A DNA stretch of 64,000 nt from an uncultured delta proteobacterium (GCA_963743175.1 CAVUOQ010000003.1:167680-231679), one strand, 5' to 3'; shown: positions 1 through 10,496, counted from the stretch's first letter. Program-made: numbers and translations. Notes: generated by a model from the sequence alone, not told the origin.

Positions 1-741
1 TGTCCCCCTTTCCGTCTTATAGAACCGTTTGAAGGCAATAAAAGCAACAACGACCACGACAATGGCGACAATAAAGTACTTCTGGGCATAATCACTCAAA
101 TTAACCAGAAACAGCGTGGGGCCGGGCAATTCTCCCCCCATGCCTTCAAACATCTTCTGAAAAACCGGGATGACCTTGAGCAGCAGAAGCGATACAACAC
201 CGATCGAAATGACGAGTACGCTGGCCGGATAGGTCATCGCCCCCTTAACCTTGCTTTTGAGTTTCATGGCCTTTTCCATATAACTGGAAAGACGCTGGAG
301 AATGACGTCGAGGATACCCCCGCTTTCACCCGCGGCAACCAGATTGACAAAAAGGTCGTCATAGACGTTGGGATACTTTTTCAGGGCGTCGGAGAGGGTG
401 GATCCCCCTTCGATATCCTCCTTGATGGAGGTGATTATTTTTTTGAAGGTTTTATTTTGTTCCTGTTGTGCCAGCAGTTCAAGACACTGAATCAACGGGA
501 GTCCCGCATTAATCATGGTGGCAAAGATCCGGGCGAAAACGACGACGTCTTTCTCTTTCACCCTCTGTTTAAGAAAGGGAAGGTACTCCGCCAAATCCTT
601 TGGTTTCGTCCTGATCTTGATTGATTGGAGTCCTTGCCTGCGCAGAATAGCACGCAGTGACACATCGTTGGCGGCTTCCATTTCTCCCTTTTTGATTTCG
701 CCCTTTCGGGTCTGGGCTTCCCATACAAATATCGGCATCAT
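1..741 (-). CDS. pilC: type IV pilus platform protein PilC (GspF family), N-terminal 247 aa; gene runs off window start
   Basis: Not in ORF track (open at edge). Own translation from ATG at 741: MMPIFVWEAQTRKGEIKKGEMEAANDVSLRAILRRQGL..FARIFATMINAGLPLIQCLELL..VAAGESGGILDVILQRLSSYMEK..TYPASVLVISIGV, the GspF/PilC domain pattern. ATGA overlap with rlmB stop. Confidence 0.8.
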   Translation of the reverse strand, partial: MMPIFVWEAQTRKGEIKKGEMEAANDVSLRAILRRQGLQSIKIRTKPKDLAEYLPFLKQRVKEKDVVVFARIFATMINAGLPLIQCLELLAQQEQNKTFKKIITSIKEDIEGGSTLSDALKKYPNVYDDLFVNLVAAGESGGILDVILQRLSSYMEKAMKLKSKVKGAMTYPASVLVISIGVVSLLLLKVIPVFQKMFEGMGGELPGPTLFLVNLSDYAQKYFIVAIVVVVVAFIAFKRFYKTERGT

Positions 742-1493
742 TCCACTCCTTCCATATCGGCCCATTTACGGACAATGTCATTCAGGATGATCCCCGCGGC
801 TACGGAGACATTCAGTGAATCGATCTTCCCCCGCATGGGAATGGACAAGAGAAAATCACATTGCTTTCGGATCAGCGGTCTCATGCCGCGGCCTTCAGAA
901 CCCATCACCAGGCCGATATCCCCCTGGAAAGTCACGTCATGAATCTTCTGCCCTGCATGGGTATCGGCGCCATATATCCAGAATCCCTGTTTCTTCAAGT
1001 CAGCCATCGCCCGTGATAAATTAGCGACACGTACAACCGGCGTCAGCAAGGCCGCTCCCGCAGATGCCTTGATCACGGCAGCCGTAACCGTGGCGGTCCG
1101 GTGCTCGGGAATCATCACCCCATTTGCGCCGTGGCAGTGGGCCGTCCTGATCATGGCCCCCAGATTTTGCGGATCGGTAATCCCGTCTAACAGGAGAATC
1201 AGATGGTACAAGGACGCCGGATGACGATTCTTCATGATTTGATCCAGATCCGCGTAGGCAAAAGACGGATAAAAGCCGACGACCCCCTGATGCGACCCAT
1301 GACCTGTCAGCTTGTCGATCTCCCGTTTTTCCTTGAATGTGACGGGAATGTTTTTTGTGCCAGCAAGATTCAGAATGGAATGCAGCGTTTCCTTCGTCAT
1401 CCCTTTCGCATTCACGACGGCAATTTTCACAAGCCTGCAGGGTTCCATCCTCAGTGCCTCGGCAAGCGGATTAATCCCGTAAATGATCTCCAT
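738..1493 (-). CDS. rlmB: 23S rRNA (guanosine-2'-O)-methyltransferase RlmB (SpoU/TrmH family)
   Basis: ORF 738..1622; MEIIYGINPLAEAL.., LLLDGITDPQNLGAMIRTA, LVMGSEGRGMR, IPMRGKIDSLNVSVAAGI motifs. Start placed at the internal Met (1493) to clear the pyrF stop. Confidence 0.8.
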   Translation of the reverse strand: MEIIYGINPLAEALRMEPCRLVKIAVVNAKGMTKETLHSILNLAGTKNIPVTFKEKREIDKLTGHGSHQGVVGFYPSFAYADLDQIMKNRHPASLYHLILLLDGITDPQNLGAMIRTAHCHGANGVMIPEHRTATVTAAVIKASAGAALLTPVVRVANLSRAMADLKKQGFWIYGADTHAGQKIHDVTFQGDIGLVMGSEGRGMRPLIRKQCDFLLSIPMRGKIDSLNVSVAAGIILNDIVRKWADMEGVE

Positions 1494-1521
1494 GGCATGA
1501 TTCCGTTTATGACAACCCTTT

Positions 1522-2292
1522 TCAGCGCCCTCGCTTCTGAAGACCGGCTGAAATTTCCCCAATGATCTCTTCCGCGGTAAAAATCGGATCCTCGGCCATG
1601 CGGATGGGTCGGCCGACCACAATATAGTCAGCTCCGCTGCGAATGGCTTCCCCGGGTGTCATTGTCCTTTTCTGATCGTCGCCCCGTACGGTATCGGTGG
1701 CTCTGATGCCGGGAGTAACAATAATAAAATCCTGACCACACCCCTTCCGAATCGCACCAATATCCTGCGCTGACGCCACAACGCCGGCCACACCGGCGTC
1801 TTGGGCCATTTTGGACAGGGTCAGTACCAGCGTGTCCGCAGAACAGCGAAACCCCAGACCCCGGAGATCCTCGTCATTCAGGCTGGTCAGCACAGTGACA
1901 GCCAAAATGACGGGCATGGGCTTATACAGCGCCTCCGACCGCCTCCGGACGGCGACAACGGTCTCTTCCATCATGCTCTTTCCGCCCAAAGCATGAATAT
2001 TGAGCATGGAAACATCCATGTTGACGGCGCCTTCCGCAGCCCTGGCGACGGTGTTGGGAATATCGTGAAACTTCAGATCCAGAAATACCCTGCTGCCCCG
2101 ACAGAGGATCTGCCGAACGATTTCAGGCCCGTAAAGGGTAAACGATTCCTTGCCGACCTTGAACAGCCCGACGCGATCCTGCAAGCGATCAACCCAGGAC
2201 AGGGCCTCAGGGAGCCCCGTTCCGACATCAAGGGCGAAAATCAGTCGATCGATCGCCCCTTGTTTCAAATCATTATTCGGTATATTCTTCAT
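1522..2292 (-). CDS. pyrF: orotidine 5'-phosphate decarboxylase
   Basis: ORF 1522..2343; LIFALDV..FKVG..FLDLKFHDIPNTV..ILAVTVLTS motifs. Start uncertain (2292, 2313 or 2343; overlaps rpoZ end). Confidence 0.85.
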   Translation of the reverse strand: MKNIPNNDLKQGAIDRLIFALDVGTGLPEALSWVDRLQDRVGLFKVGKESFTLYGPEIVRQILCRGSRVFLDLKFHDIPNTVARAAEGAVNMDVSMLNIHALGGKSMMEETVVAVRRRSEALYKPMPVILAVTVLTSLNDEDLRGLGFRCSADTLVLTLSKMAQDAGVAGVVASAQDIGAIRKGCGQDFIIVTPGIRATDTVRGDDQKRTMTPGEAIRSGADYIVVGRPIRMAEDPIFTAEEIIGEISAGLQKRGR

Positions 2293-2545
2293 CGCCGATA
2301 TACTCGGTTTCATCCCCGGTCGAACGGTATATTTCCCGGACACCCACCAGATATTCCGGATGGGCGTGCGCTACTTTTCCTGCAGCAATTTCCCGGAGGG
2401 CAGCAACGATCTCCCGGTTGTTTTTAACATCGGTCAGGGGCTGTGAGCCCTTTAAAAGCTGTTTTGCGCGCCTTGTCGTCAACATCACGAGTGCAAAGCG
2501 ATTCGCTGAATGCCGTAAAGCATCTTCAACGGTAATTCTTGCCAT
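2273..2545 (-). CDS. rpoZ: DNA-directed RNA polymerase subunit omega
   Basis: MARITVEDAL..NRFALVMLTTRRAKQL, typical RpoZ N-terminus; 90 aa. Confidence 0.9.
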   Translation of the reverse strand: MARITVEDALRHSANRFALVMLTTRRAKQLLKGSQPLTDVKNNREIVAALREIAAGKVAHAHPEYLVGVREIYRSTGDETEYIGDEEYTE

Positions 2546-2581
2546 ATTTTTATACCTCCGTTAGACTACAAATATTTTCAG

Positions 2582-3289
2582 TTATCGAGCTGAGCCTCGT
2601 CCAATGGGACGAATGGCCTTTATCCCAAAAAAAGGTCTTATTTTTTCCATCACCCTTTCCCGCCGGCTTTTTTCCGCAATGTAGACGGACCTGAGGCAGT
2701 CGACAGCATCCTCAATCTCCTTATTGATAATAACATAATCATACCACATAACCTCCCGGATTTCATCTATGGCTTTTCCAAGCCGCTTTTGCATGACTTC
2801 CTGGATCTCTCCCCGTCTGTTCAATCTGGATTTCAAATCCTCCAGAGATGGGGGAAGGATATAGACAAAGACACCACCCGGATAATTCTTTTTCAGGACC
2901 TTTGCTCCTTCGGGTTCGACGTCCAGGAGCAGGTCGCAGCCGGCGGTAAGAAGATTCTGCATGATTTCCTTGGCCGTTCCGTAATAGTGCCCGTAATTTT
3001 CAGCCCATTCAGCAAACGCCCCTTTTTGGATCTGCTCCCGAAAGGCCTCCTCAGAGATAAAAAAATAATCCACACCGTTTTTTTCACCAGGGCGGGGCGG
3101 CCTGGTCGTCGAGGAAACGGAAAACCGGATATCCGGGCACAGCTTGAGGAATTCACGGCAAATGGATGTCTTTCCCGTCCCCGACGGCGCCGAAACCACC
3201 ATGAACAGGGCGGCCTCTACGGGATCCGGTTGCTGTTTTCCAGATTTATTCAAGATTCTGCACCTGTTCCCTGAGTTTTGCCAGTTCAC
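2582..3289 (-). CDS. gmk: guanylate kinase
   Basis: P-loop SAPSGTGKTS, STTRPPRPGE..GVDYFF, typical Gmk. Start uncertain (3289 or Met at 3202). Confidence 0.9.
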   Translation of the reverse strand: MNWQNSGNRCRILNKSGKQQPDPVEAALFMVVSAPSGTGKTSICREFLKLCPDIRFSVSSTTRPPRPGEKNGVDYFFISEEAFREQIQKGAFAEWAENYGHYYGTAKEIMQNLLTAGCDLLLDVEPEGAKVLKKNYPGGVFVYILPPSLEDLKSRLNRRGEIQEVMQKRLGKAIDEIREVMWYDYVIINKEIEDAVDCLRSVYIAEKSRRERVMEKIRPFFGIKAIRPIGRGSAR

Positions 3290-4130
3290 TTTTTATTTCA
3301 ATAACTTGTTTTGATATATCGGCATCACTGCTTTTCGAACCGATCGTATTGACCTCCCTATTCATCTCCTGGATAAGGAAATCGACTTTTCTGCCAATCG
3401 CTTCTTCAAGGTCCAGCATTTCCAAAAACTGCCCGAAGTGGCTCCGGAGGCGGACAATCTCCTCTGTAATATCACTTTTTTCAGCTAAAACAGCAACTTC
3501 CTGACTTAACCGGCTCTCGTCAACCACCAGCCCGCTGGTCAGTTCCCGGACACGCTCCGTCAGGCGTTTCTGATATTCCAAAACAACCTGGGGCGCCTTC
3601 GCCTCTATCCTGTTTAAGAGTTGCACCATCAGATCGAGACGGGCCGACAGATCCCGTGAAAGGATTTCCCCTTCCCGTCGCCTCATCTCCATCATACCGG
3701 CAAGTGCTTCCTCCAGAACCGCTGCCAATCCCTGCCAGAGTGCCGAGTCATCCTGCGGCAACTCCGCCATCTGAAATACATCTTTCTGACCCGCGATCAT
3801 CTCCAGCCTGATGTCATCCTGGAGGTTCAGAGACTGTTTCAATTGCATCAGCAGGTTAAAATAATTCTGGGCCAGTGGCAGATTTAATGCAAGATATTGG
3901 CCATTTTCAGCGCTGCTCTGGACATCCCTGCGGATGCTCACATCGATTTTGCCGCGGAGCAGCGGTTCGCCGATCTTTTTTTTAATCTCCACTTCGAGCG
4001 CGGACAGAGAAGCGGGAAGCCTCAAAGAAATTTCCAGAAAGCGGTGGTTAAGGGACTTTATCTCCACGGTGTATTTTTGACCGTCCAGGACGGCCTCGGC
4101 ACGGCCGTAACCTGTCATACTGCGAACCAT
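3246..4130 (-). CDS. yicC: YicC-family stress-induced protein
   Basis: MVRSMTGYGRAE..EIKSLNHRFLE..NREVNTIGSKS; canonical yicC-gmk-rpoZ neighbourhood. Confidence 0.85.
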   Translation of the reverse strand: MVRSMTGYGRAEAVLDGQKYTVEIKSLNHRFLEISLRLPASLSALEVEIKKKIGEPLLRGKIDVSIRRDVQSSAENGQYLALNLPLAQNYFNLLMQLKQSLNLQDDIRLEMIAGQKDVFQMAELPQDDSALWQGLAAVLEEALAGMMEMRRREGEILSRDLSARLDLMVQLLNRIEAKAPQVVLEYQKRLTERVRELTSGLVVDESRLSQEVAVLAEKSDITEEIVRLRSHFGQFLEMLDLEEAIGRKVDFLIQEMNREVNTIGSKSSDADISKQVIEIKSELAKLREQVQNLE

Positions 4131-4142
4131 TTCATTGTCCTT

Positions 4143-4670
4143 TCATACGGCCTTCAATGCCTCAAGATATTTGCCGCGAATTTTATGCAACAGGGTCGTT
4201 ACTTCCTGCCCCGCATAATCCGGATAGGTCCAGGAGAGGGCGCGGAACGCACCTTCCGTGAAAACCAGGGTCAGATCGGCGTAAATGCCGTCCCGAAGAT
4301 AGGGGCGATGCGTATATCCCTTCCCTGTAGCCAGAATCAAATGCGCTGCTGAAATATAGCCCGGATCGATATTGATCTTTCTTCGCCCTTCCCCGGAAAA
4401 TTGATCCTCAACGCGGTTGGTCATCAGCTTGACATCGGGAAGGGACTCGGGCGGGATAAGTTTTTCAAAACTGACCATACGCCGGACCAAGGCTTTTCCC
4501 ATTTCTTTTTCATAATAACTCGTATAGCCGAAGGGCATCTGCGCGCTGATAAAATCGGGCGTGCCGAAATGCACCGTCAGGATTTGCACCACATCACGGA
4601 AGATATCCCCTTCTGCAGAGATGACGCTCATCACAAGCTTGACCGCCTCTGCCCGTGTTGGTCTGCTCAT
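4143..4670 (-). CDS. DUF4416 family protein
   Basis: F..TSYYEKEMG..L.R..VSF..L..P..L...K..TN..E....GRRKINIDPGYI...LILATGK...HR.YL..GIYA.LTL pattern remembered for DUF4416. Confidence 0.6.
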   Translation of the reverse strand: MSRPTRAEAVKLVMSVISAEGDIFRDVVQILTVHFGTPDFISAQMPFGYTSYYEKEMGKALVRRMVSFEKLIPPESLPDVKLMTNRVEDQFSGEGRRKINIDPGYISAAHLILATGKGYTHRPYLRDGIYADLTLVFTEGAFRALSWTYPDYAGQEVTTLLHKIRGKYLEALKAV

Positions 4671-5656
4671 AGCACTTTTTTAAGTTCCGCCTGTGAAACC
4701 GTTGACGTACCGACCTTACCGACCACAATCCCTGCGGCATGGTTGGCCAGAAAAGCGGCTTCCTTGAAGGTTGCCCCGGATGCCATACAGAGTGCAAATA
4801 CCCCGATGGCCGTATCTCCAGCCCCGGTGACATCGAAAACTTCTCGTGCTTGGGTCGGCAATAAAGTGTGATTGATGCGGTCATTTTTTTCAAAAAGGGC
4901 CATCCCCTCTTCACCGCGCGTGATCAGGAGAGCCTGATAACGATAACGGCTGAGCAGGGTCGTCCCCACCTCAACCAGATTCTCGCGGCTGACCCGATCC
5001 ACGCCGACCGCCCGGCCCGCCTCGTGATGATTGGGCGTAATGATATCACACCCTTCGTATAGTGAAAAATCACTTTTCTTCGGATCGACACAGACGATGA
5101 TTTTTCGGTCCCGCACCAGATCCCGGATACCGTCGAGCAAGGCCTTCGTGATCACCCCCTTGCCGTAATCGGAGATGACGATCGCGCCAAGCTCATCCCG
5201 CAAGGCGCGGATATAGGCGATCATCCGCTCGATACTGTCTCCGTCCACAGGTTGGCGGCTTTCCCGGTCAAACCGCACCACCTGCTGGCTGTGAGCGACA
5301 ATCCTTGTTTTCAATGTGGTCGGACGATTGGCCTCCACAACAACCCCCCGGGTGTCAATCTGCCGTTTGCGAAATTCACTGATCAGTCTTTTCCCCATCC
5401 TGTCGGCGCCAACGACGCCGGATACGTAAACCCTGCCGCCCATCGCATAAATGTTATGCAAAACGTTGGCCGAACCGCCCAACAGCAATTGATCTGCATC
5501 AACCTCCACCACGGGCACAGGCGCCTCCGGTGAAATCCGCGAAACCTTCCCCCAGATAAAATGGTCGACCATCAGATCGCCCATAACCAGGACCCTTGCC
5601 TGGGAAAATCGGTCAATAATTTCAAGGGCCCTCTTATGATTCAGGATCTTTGTCAT
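4667..5656 (-). CDS. hldA: D-glycero-beta-D-manno-heptose-7-phosphate kinase (RfaE domain I type, PfkB family)
   Basis: VLVMGDLMVDHFIWGKVSRISPEAPVPVV..LGGSANV..DVTGAGDTA. Start at MTKILNH (GGAAGG RBS); ATGA overlap with downstream gene. Confidence 0.8.
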   Translation of the reverse strand: MTKILNHKRALEIIDRFSQARVLVMGDLMVDHFIWGKVSRISPEAPVPVVEVDADQLLLGGSANVLHNIYAMGGRVYVSGVVGADRMGKRLISEFRKRQIDTRGVVVEANRPTTLKTRIVAHSQQVVRFDRESRQPVDGDSIERMIAYIRALRDELGAIVISDYGKGVITKALLDGIRDLVRDRKIIVCVDPKKSDFSLYEGCDIITPNHHEAGRAVGVDRVSRENLVEVGTTLLSRYRYQALLITRGEEGMALFEKNDRINHTLLPTQAREVFDVTGAGDTAIGVFALCMASGATFKEAAFLANHAAGIVVGKVGTSTVSQAELKKVL

Positions 5657-5911
5657 GCCTTCCACCCACCTGCACATCATAGATGAAGTCGATCACTTGA
5701 GCGGTTCATACACAGCCTCAAGTATGAATTAAGTATCTTATTCCTATAACCATTTTTTGTCAATGCTTTTCTATATAACGAATGAGTGCCTCTGGAAAAG
5801 ATAACCGGCATCAGCCCATAATCCTTATTGACTTCAATCACGGCATGGGTTAGAGAATCAACGTTGTTTCGATCGTCTGAAATCACTTCATTATTCTTGG
5901 ATTATATTATT

Positions 5912-6679
5912 ATGCTCCGTTCAATTATCATCTTGATGCTCGGTGTGGCGGTCACTGGTTATGTATCGGCATGTGTCATTTTTTTCGGCCTGATCTCGCC
6001 TGGTGAAAACAAAATACACCGTATCGCAAAGATCTGGGCAAAAATTCTGTTGTTGCTGTCGAGCACCCGTGTGGAGGTGGTCGGAGCAGAAAACGTACTG
6101 ATCGGAAAACCGCAAATTTTCATGTCCAACCACCAGAGTGATTTTGATATTTTCGTCGTTCTCGGTTTCGTTCCCGGGCAATTCCGCTGGATTGCCAAAA
6201 AAGAACTCTTTAAGATCCCCATCTTTGGGGGTGCAATGAGAAACGCCGGATATATCGAAATTGACCGGCAGAACCATGAAAAAGCACTGAAGAGCCTCGA
6301 TATTGCAGCACAGAAAATCAGGGAGGGAAAATCCGTCATGACCTTTCCCGAGGGGACCCGAAGCAAGGAGGGCCTCATCAAACCCTTCAAGCAGGGCATG
6401 TTTCACCTGGCCATCAAAGCCGGGGTCCCCATTGTCCCCGTTTGTATTATTGGTACGGGTGCGATCATGCCCAAGCGCTCCTTGCGGATCAATCCGGGCA
6501 AAGTTACCATGATTATTGACAAACCCATCGATGTGACCGGTTACACCGTTGAAAACCGTGCACAGTTGATTGAACGGGTGAGGAACGTGATTGTGAACAA
6601 TTACGACCGGGGAATACCATCCGCAACGATTGAGTCTTCACGGGCGGCAAGGGGCCCCGCAACCCCCCGCGAGATATAG
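5912..6679 (+). CDS. plsC: 1-acyl-sn-glycerol-3-phosphate acyltransferase
   Basis: NHQSDFD and FPEGTRS acyltransferase motifs, N-terminal TM helix. Start at Met 5912 within ORF 5828..6679. Confidence 0.85.
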   Translation: MLRSIIILMLGVAVTGYVSACVIFFGLISPGENKIHRIAKIWAKILLLLSSTRVEVVGAENVLIGKPQIFMSNHQSDFDIFVVLGFVPGQFRWIAKKELFKIPIFGGAMRNAGYIEIDRQNHEKALKSLDIAAQKIREGKSVMTFPEGTRSKEGLIKPFKQGMFHLAIKAGVPIVPVCIIGTGAIMPKRSLRINPGKVTMIIDKPIDVTGYTVENRAQLIERVRNVIVNNYDRGIPSATIESSRAARGPATPREI

Positions 6680-6705
6680 CCGGATCCACTCAGGCGATAA
6701 AAAAC

Positions 6706-8967
6706 ATGACAATCACGCCATCAGGTTTCAAAAGGTCAAGAGAAATCGCCGGGGTTATCAACCTGGCGATTGCCATTTTTTTGCTGCTTTGCCTGTCTTC
6801 CTACCATCCCTCGGATCCTTCTTTTACCCATTTTTTCGCAGGAGACGCAAAAACCCATAACCTGATCGGTTCATTCGGATCTTACAGCGCTGATTCCCTT
6901 TTAAGGCTTTTTGGTGTCGGCGCCCTTTGGTTTCCGATCTTTTTTGCAGTCATCGCCTTTAAATATTTCCTCGACGTAAACTTTCGTCTCGGAGCCGCCG
7001 GTATCAACGCCTTTATCGGACTGCTAACGGCCACATCCGGTCTTGCCACTGTGGCACTGGCGGACATATCGATCTATGGCATTAAACTCCGTTCCGGCGG
7101 ACTTCTGGGTCATCTCCTGGACCGGTTCATGAACGCCTTTCTCAGCAATATTGGCACTTACATTGTCCTGGTCGTTATTCTCATCATTGCTCTCATGATC
7201 CTGATCGATTTATCCATTGTATCCTTCATCACGCAATTAAAAAACCGTGTGCAGGCCTTATGGCGCCGGGGCTCAGACCTTTTCATGAAACTCGTTGAAA
7301 AGCTCAAGGAAAGAAACATGATTCCCGCAACCAAGAGGAAGAAAGTGACCGAGCCGGTCATTGATGAGACGCCCGTCAAAACAGAGATCGTCCGGCCTGT
7401 GAAAGTGTCACAGACGCATTTCGATTTTGTCAGAAACGGCGGCGGTAAATTCAACCTGCCGTCCCTGACACTTCTCGACCAGATCCCCCGCAAGGACACG
7501 AGGATGAAGCGTGACAGCCTCATCGCCACGGCCCGGATTCTGGAAACAAAGCTGGCGGATTTCAGCGTGGAGGGAAAGGTCGTGGAAGTCAAGCCGGGAC
7601 CGGTGATCACCCTGTATGAACTTGAACCGGCCCCTGGCGTAAAAATAAATAAAATTACAAATTTATCTGATGATCTGGCGCTGGCTTTGCGGGCGCCGAG
7701 CATCCGGATCATCGCCCCGATTCCAGGAAAGGCAGCCGTCGGTATCGAGATACCCAACAACGCCCGTGAACCGGTGCAGCTGTTGGATGTTCTTGACCAT
7801 GAAGCCTTCCTCCAGTCATCGCTCAAGCTACCCATTGCCCTGGGTGTGGACATCGTCGGCAGTCCCGTGATTACCGATCTCATCCGGATGCCCCATCTGC
7901 TGATTGCCGGCACCACCGGCTCGGGCAAAAGCGTCTGTCTCAATGCCATGATCTGCAGCATTCTTTTCAAGGCGCCGCCCGACGACGTCAAATTTCTCAT
8001 GATCGATCCGAAAAGACTGGAGCTGTCCGCTTATGAACGGATCCCCCATCTCCTCCATCCCGTGGTGGTGAACCCCAAGAAGGCCTCCCTCGTGCTCCGC
8101 TGGGCCGTAGAAGAAATGGAACGCCGATACGAAGCCATCAGTGAGCTGGGGGTTAAAGGCATCGACTCGTACAACCGCCTCATCGACAAGGCCCGCAGTG
8201 GAAAGGGAAAAATCAAATTGTCGCCGGGGGAAAAGGCTCAGGAAGATCCGGATTATGCCCATGAGGGATTGCAGCCCACCTCCCCCAGGCTTCCTGCCGA
8301 TATCGCCAATCGTCATAAATTGCCCTACATTGTCATCGTGATCGACGAACTGGCCGATCTGATGATGGTGGCCCAGCGGAATGTTGAGGAATCCCTGGCC
8401 CGTCTTGCACAGATGGCCAGGGCGGCCGGAATCCACTTGATTCTGGCAACCCAGCGTCCCTCCGTGGATGTGATCACGGGAGTGATCAAAGCCAATTTCC
8501 CCACCCGTATTTCGTTCCAGGTTTCGTCCAAGGTGGATTCCAGGACCATCATCGACCAGCATGGCGCCGAAAAGCTGCTGGGGGCCGGAGACATGCTTTT
8601 TATCCCCCCCGGCACGTCGAAGCTGGTGCGCATCCACGGAGCCTATGTCTCCGACAAGGAGATTGACCGCATTGTCGCCTTCATATGCAATCAGGCCACG
8701 CCGGCCTACGATCAATCCATCGCCGAATATGAACACGAATCTCCGGAGGGAGAAAAGGCGGAAACCGATTTTGATGAAAAATATGACGAGGCGGTGGAAC
8801 TGGTTACAGATCTGGGGCAGGCCTCCATCTCACTCGTGCAGCGCTATATGAAAATAGGCTATAACCGGGCAGCCCGGATCATTGAACGCATGGAATCGGA
8901 GGGAATTGTGGGACGCTCCGACGGTGTAAAACCCAGGAAAGTCCTGGTCGGAAAACATCCAAAGTGA
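6706..8967 (+). CDS. ftsK: DNA translocase FtsK
   Basis: N-terminal TM helices, Walker A GTTGSGKS, LPYIVIVIDELADLMM, ATQRPSVDVITG, C-terminal gamma domain SISLVQRYMKIGYNRAARIIE. Confidence 0.95.
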   Translation: MTITPSGFKRSREIAGVINLAIAIFLLLCLSSYHPSDPSFTHFFAGDAKTHNLIGSFGSYSADSLLRLFGVGALWFPIFFAVIAFKYFLDVNFRLGAAGINAFIGLLTATSGLATVALADISIYGIKLRSGGLLGHLLDRFMNAFLSNIGTYIVLVVILIIALMILIDLSIVSFITQLKNRVQALWRRGSDLFMKLVEKLKERNMIPATKRKKVTEPVIDETPVKTEIVRPVKVSQTHFDFVRNGGGKFNLPSLTLLDQIPRKDTRMKRDSLIATARILETKLADFSVEGKVVEVKPGPVITLYELEPAPGVKINKITNLSDDLALALRAPSIRIIAPIPGKAAVGIEIPNNAREPVQLLDVLDHEAFLQSSLKLPIALGVDIVGSPVITDLIRMPHLLIAGTTGSGKSVCLNAMICSILFKAPPDDVKFLMIDPKRLELSAYERIPHLLHPVVVNPKKASLVLRWAVEEMERRYEAISELGVKGIDSYNRLIDKARSGKGKIKLSPGEKAQEDPDYAHEGLQPTSPRLPADIANRHKLPYIVIVIDELADLMMVAQRNVEESLARLAQMARAAGIHLILATQRPSVDVITGVIKANFPTRISFQVSSKVDSRTIIDQHGAEKLLGAGDMLFIPPGTSKLVRIHGAYVSDKEIDRIVAFICNQATPAYDQSIAEYEHESPEGEKAETDFDEKYDEAVELVTDLGQASISLVQRYMKIGYNRAARIIERMESEGIVGRSDGVKPRKVLVGKHPK

Positions 8968-10304
8968 TAGACTGCACCGTTCATATCGTCAGCCTCGGAT
9001 GCCCGAAAAATAAAGTGGATGCTGAGGTGATGGCCGCCATCCTGGCCGGCCAGAATTTCCAAATCACCCCGGAGCCGCAGGCCGCCGAGGTGATCCTGAT
9101 CAACACCTGTGCCTTTATCCTCCCCGCCAAAGAAGAGGCCATTGACGAGATCCTCCGCATGGCCCGGTATAAAAAAACGGGCGGCCTGAAATATCTGGTG
9201 GTAACGGGCTGCCTCCCCCAGCGTTACGGCAGAGCCCTGGAAAAAGAAATCCCGGAAGTGGACCTTTTCCTTGGAATATCCGAAATACCTAATATCACTA
9301 AGTATATATTTAATTTAGCATCCGGTCCGTCGATGCGTTGCCGCAGCATTATCAGTAAACCCGATTTTCTCATGAACGCAGAGCATTCCCGCCTGCTGCC
9401 CCCCTCCACAGCGACAACCTACCTGAAGATCGCCGACGGATGCTCCAATCGATGCGCCTACTGCATTATTCCGACCATTCGAGGAAAGGCGCGCAGCAGA
9501 CATCCAGATGACATCCTTCAGGAGGCGTCCGGTCTGGCTGAAAAAGGCGTCAAGGAGATCATCCTGATTGCTCAGGATACCACGGCTTATGGACGGGACC
9601 TGAAAATCAGACAGGGGCTCGCCCTGCTGTTGCAGAAACTTGCGGCCATTGAAAAAATCAGATGGATCCGGCTGCTCTATACCCATCCCAGCCATCTTAC
9701 AGAGGATGTCCTCACGCTGATGGCCGCAGAGGAAAAGGTTTGCCGGTATCTCGACATCCCCGTCCAGCACATCGATGACACCCTTCTGAAGGCCATGAAC
9801 CGCCGGACCAGCAGCAAGCAGATCTTTGCCGTGATTGAAAAAGCAAGGGCGCTCGTCCCGGATGTGGCCCTGCGGACTTCTCTCATGACGGGTTTCCCCG
9901 GGGAAACAAACGTCCGCTTTCATCGCCTCGTGGATCTCATCCGGAATATTCGTTTTGATCATCTCGGGGTTTTCACCTATTCGAGGGAAGAGGGAACGGC
10001 GGCCGCCGGTTTGTCCAGCCGAATTTCGGAAAGAGAAAAACTGAGACGCAGAAATCTGCTCATGGAGGAACAGTCCGTCGTCTCTCTTCAAATCAACCAA
10101 TCCCTGATCGGTTCCCGGCAGGAATGCATCATCGAAGGAAAAAGTGATCGGCCGGATTATCCTTTCTATGGCCGCTGCCGCCGTCAATCCCCGGAGATCG
10201 ACGGCATGACTTACTTCAGGGGTAAAAATTTAACCATTGGCGAAATTCTGACCTGCATCATCACCGACGCCGCAGAATACGACCTTTTCGGGGAAATCGT
10301 GTGA
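8964..10304 (+). CDS. rimO: ribosomal protein S12 methylthiotransferase RimO (radical SAM)
   Basis: SLGCPKN, INTCAF, radical-SAM CSNRCAYC, C-terminal TRAM. GTG start overlapping the ftsK stop. Confidence 0.85.
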   Translation: MIDCTVHIVSLGCPKNKVDAEVMAAILAGQNFQITPEPQAAEVILINTCAFILPAKEEAIDEILRMARYKKTGGLKYLVVTGCLPQRYGRALEKEIPEVDLFLGISEIPNITKYIFNLASGPSMRCRSIISKPDFLMNAEHSRLLPPSTATTYLKIADGCSNRCAYCIIPTIRGKARSRHPDDILQEASGLAEKGVKEIILIAQDTTAYGRDLKIRQGLALLLQKLAAIEKIRWIRLLYTHPSHLTEDVLTLMAAEEKVCRYLDIPVQHIDDTLLKAMNRRTSSKQIFAVIEKARALVPDVALRTSLMTGFPGETNVRFHRLVDLIRNIRFDHLGVFTYSREEGTAAAGLSSRISEREKLRRRNLLMEEQSVVSLQINQSLIGSRQECIIEGKSDRPDYPFYGRCRRQSPEIDGMTYFRGKNLTIGEILTCIITDAAEYDLFGEIV

Positions 10305-10335
10305 CGACTTCGCTTCACGCAGTCGTCATTCATAA

Positions 10336-10496
10336 CGAACACGTAAAAAGTTAAAAAATGAGCCGAAAGCGACGGCTGCGTAAAAAGCTTCGCAGGCAAG
10401 GCGCGCAAATCATGAGGGATGAGGCATACTTTTACGTACGCCTCAATGACGGAGGATGCAGCGCAACGCAGCATCCAGACTTTTTACACAGCCGTC
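10336..10496 (+). repeat. family-A MITE-like structured repeat, copy 1 (TSD ATTCATAA at 10328-10335 and 10497-10504)
   Basis: Alignable by eye to copies at 12413, 39652 and 50421. Internal GACGGCTGCGTAAAAAG pairs with terminal CTTTTTACACAGCCGTC. Abuts the acd stop codon. Confidence 0.85.

Noticed and set aside
10211-10474. Small ORFs with recurring peptides (..DLRALPAELFTKPS.., ..VKSPDAALRCILRH.., ..KSFPLR..PLT.., ..FDSPLANHFS..). They are at 10211..10474, 12428..12712, 39639..39953, 50332..50562, 11836..12021, 19357..19677 and 60933..61136.
   Set aside because: They are translations of the family-A and family-B nucleotide repeats in arbitrary frames and on both strands. There is no RBS or consistent frame, and conservation is at the DNA/structure level.
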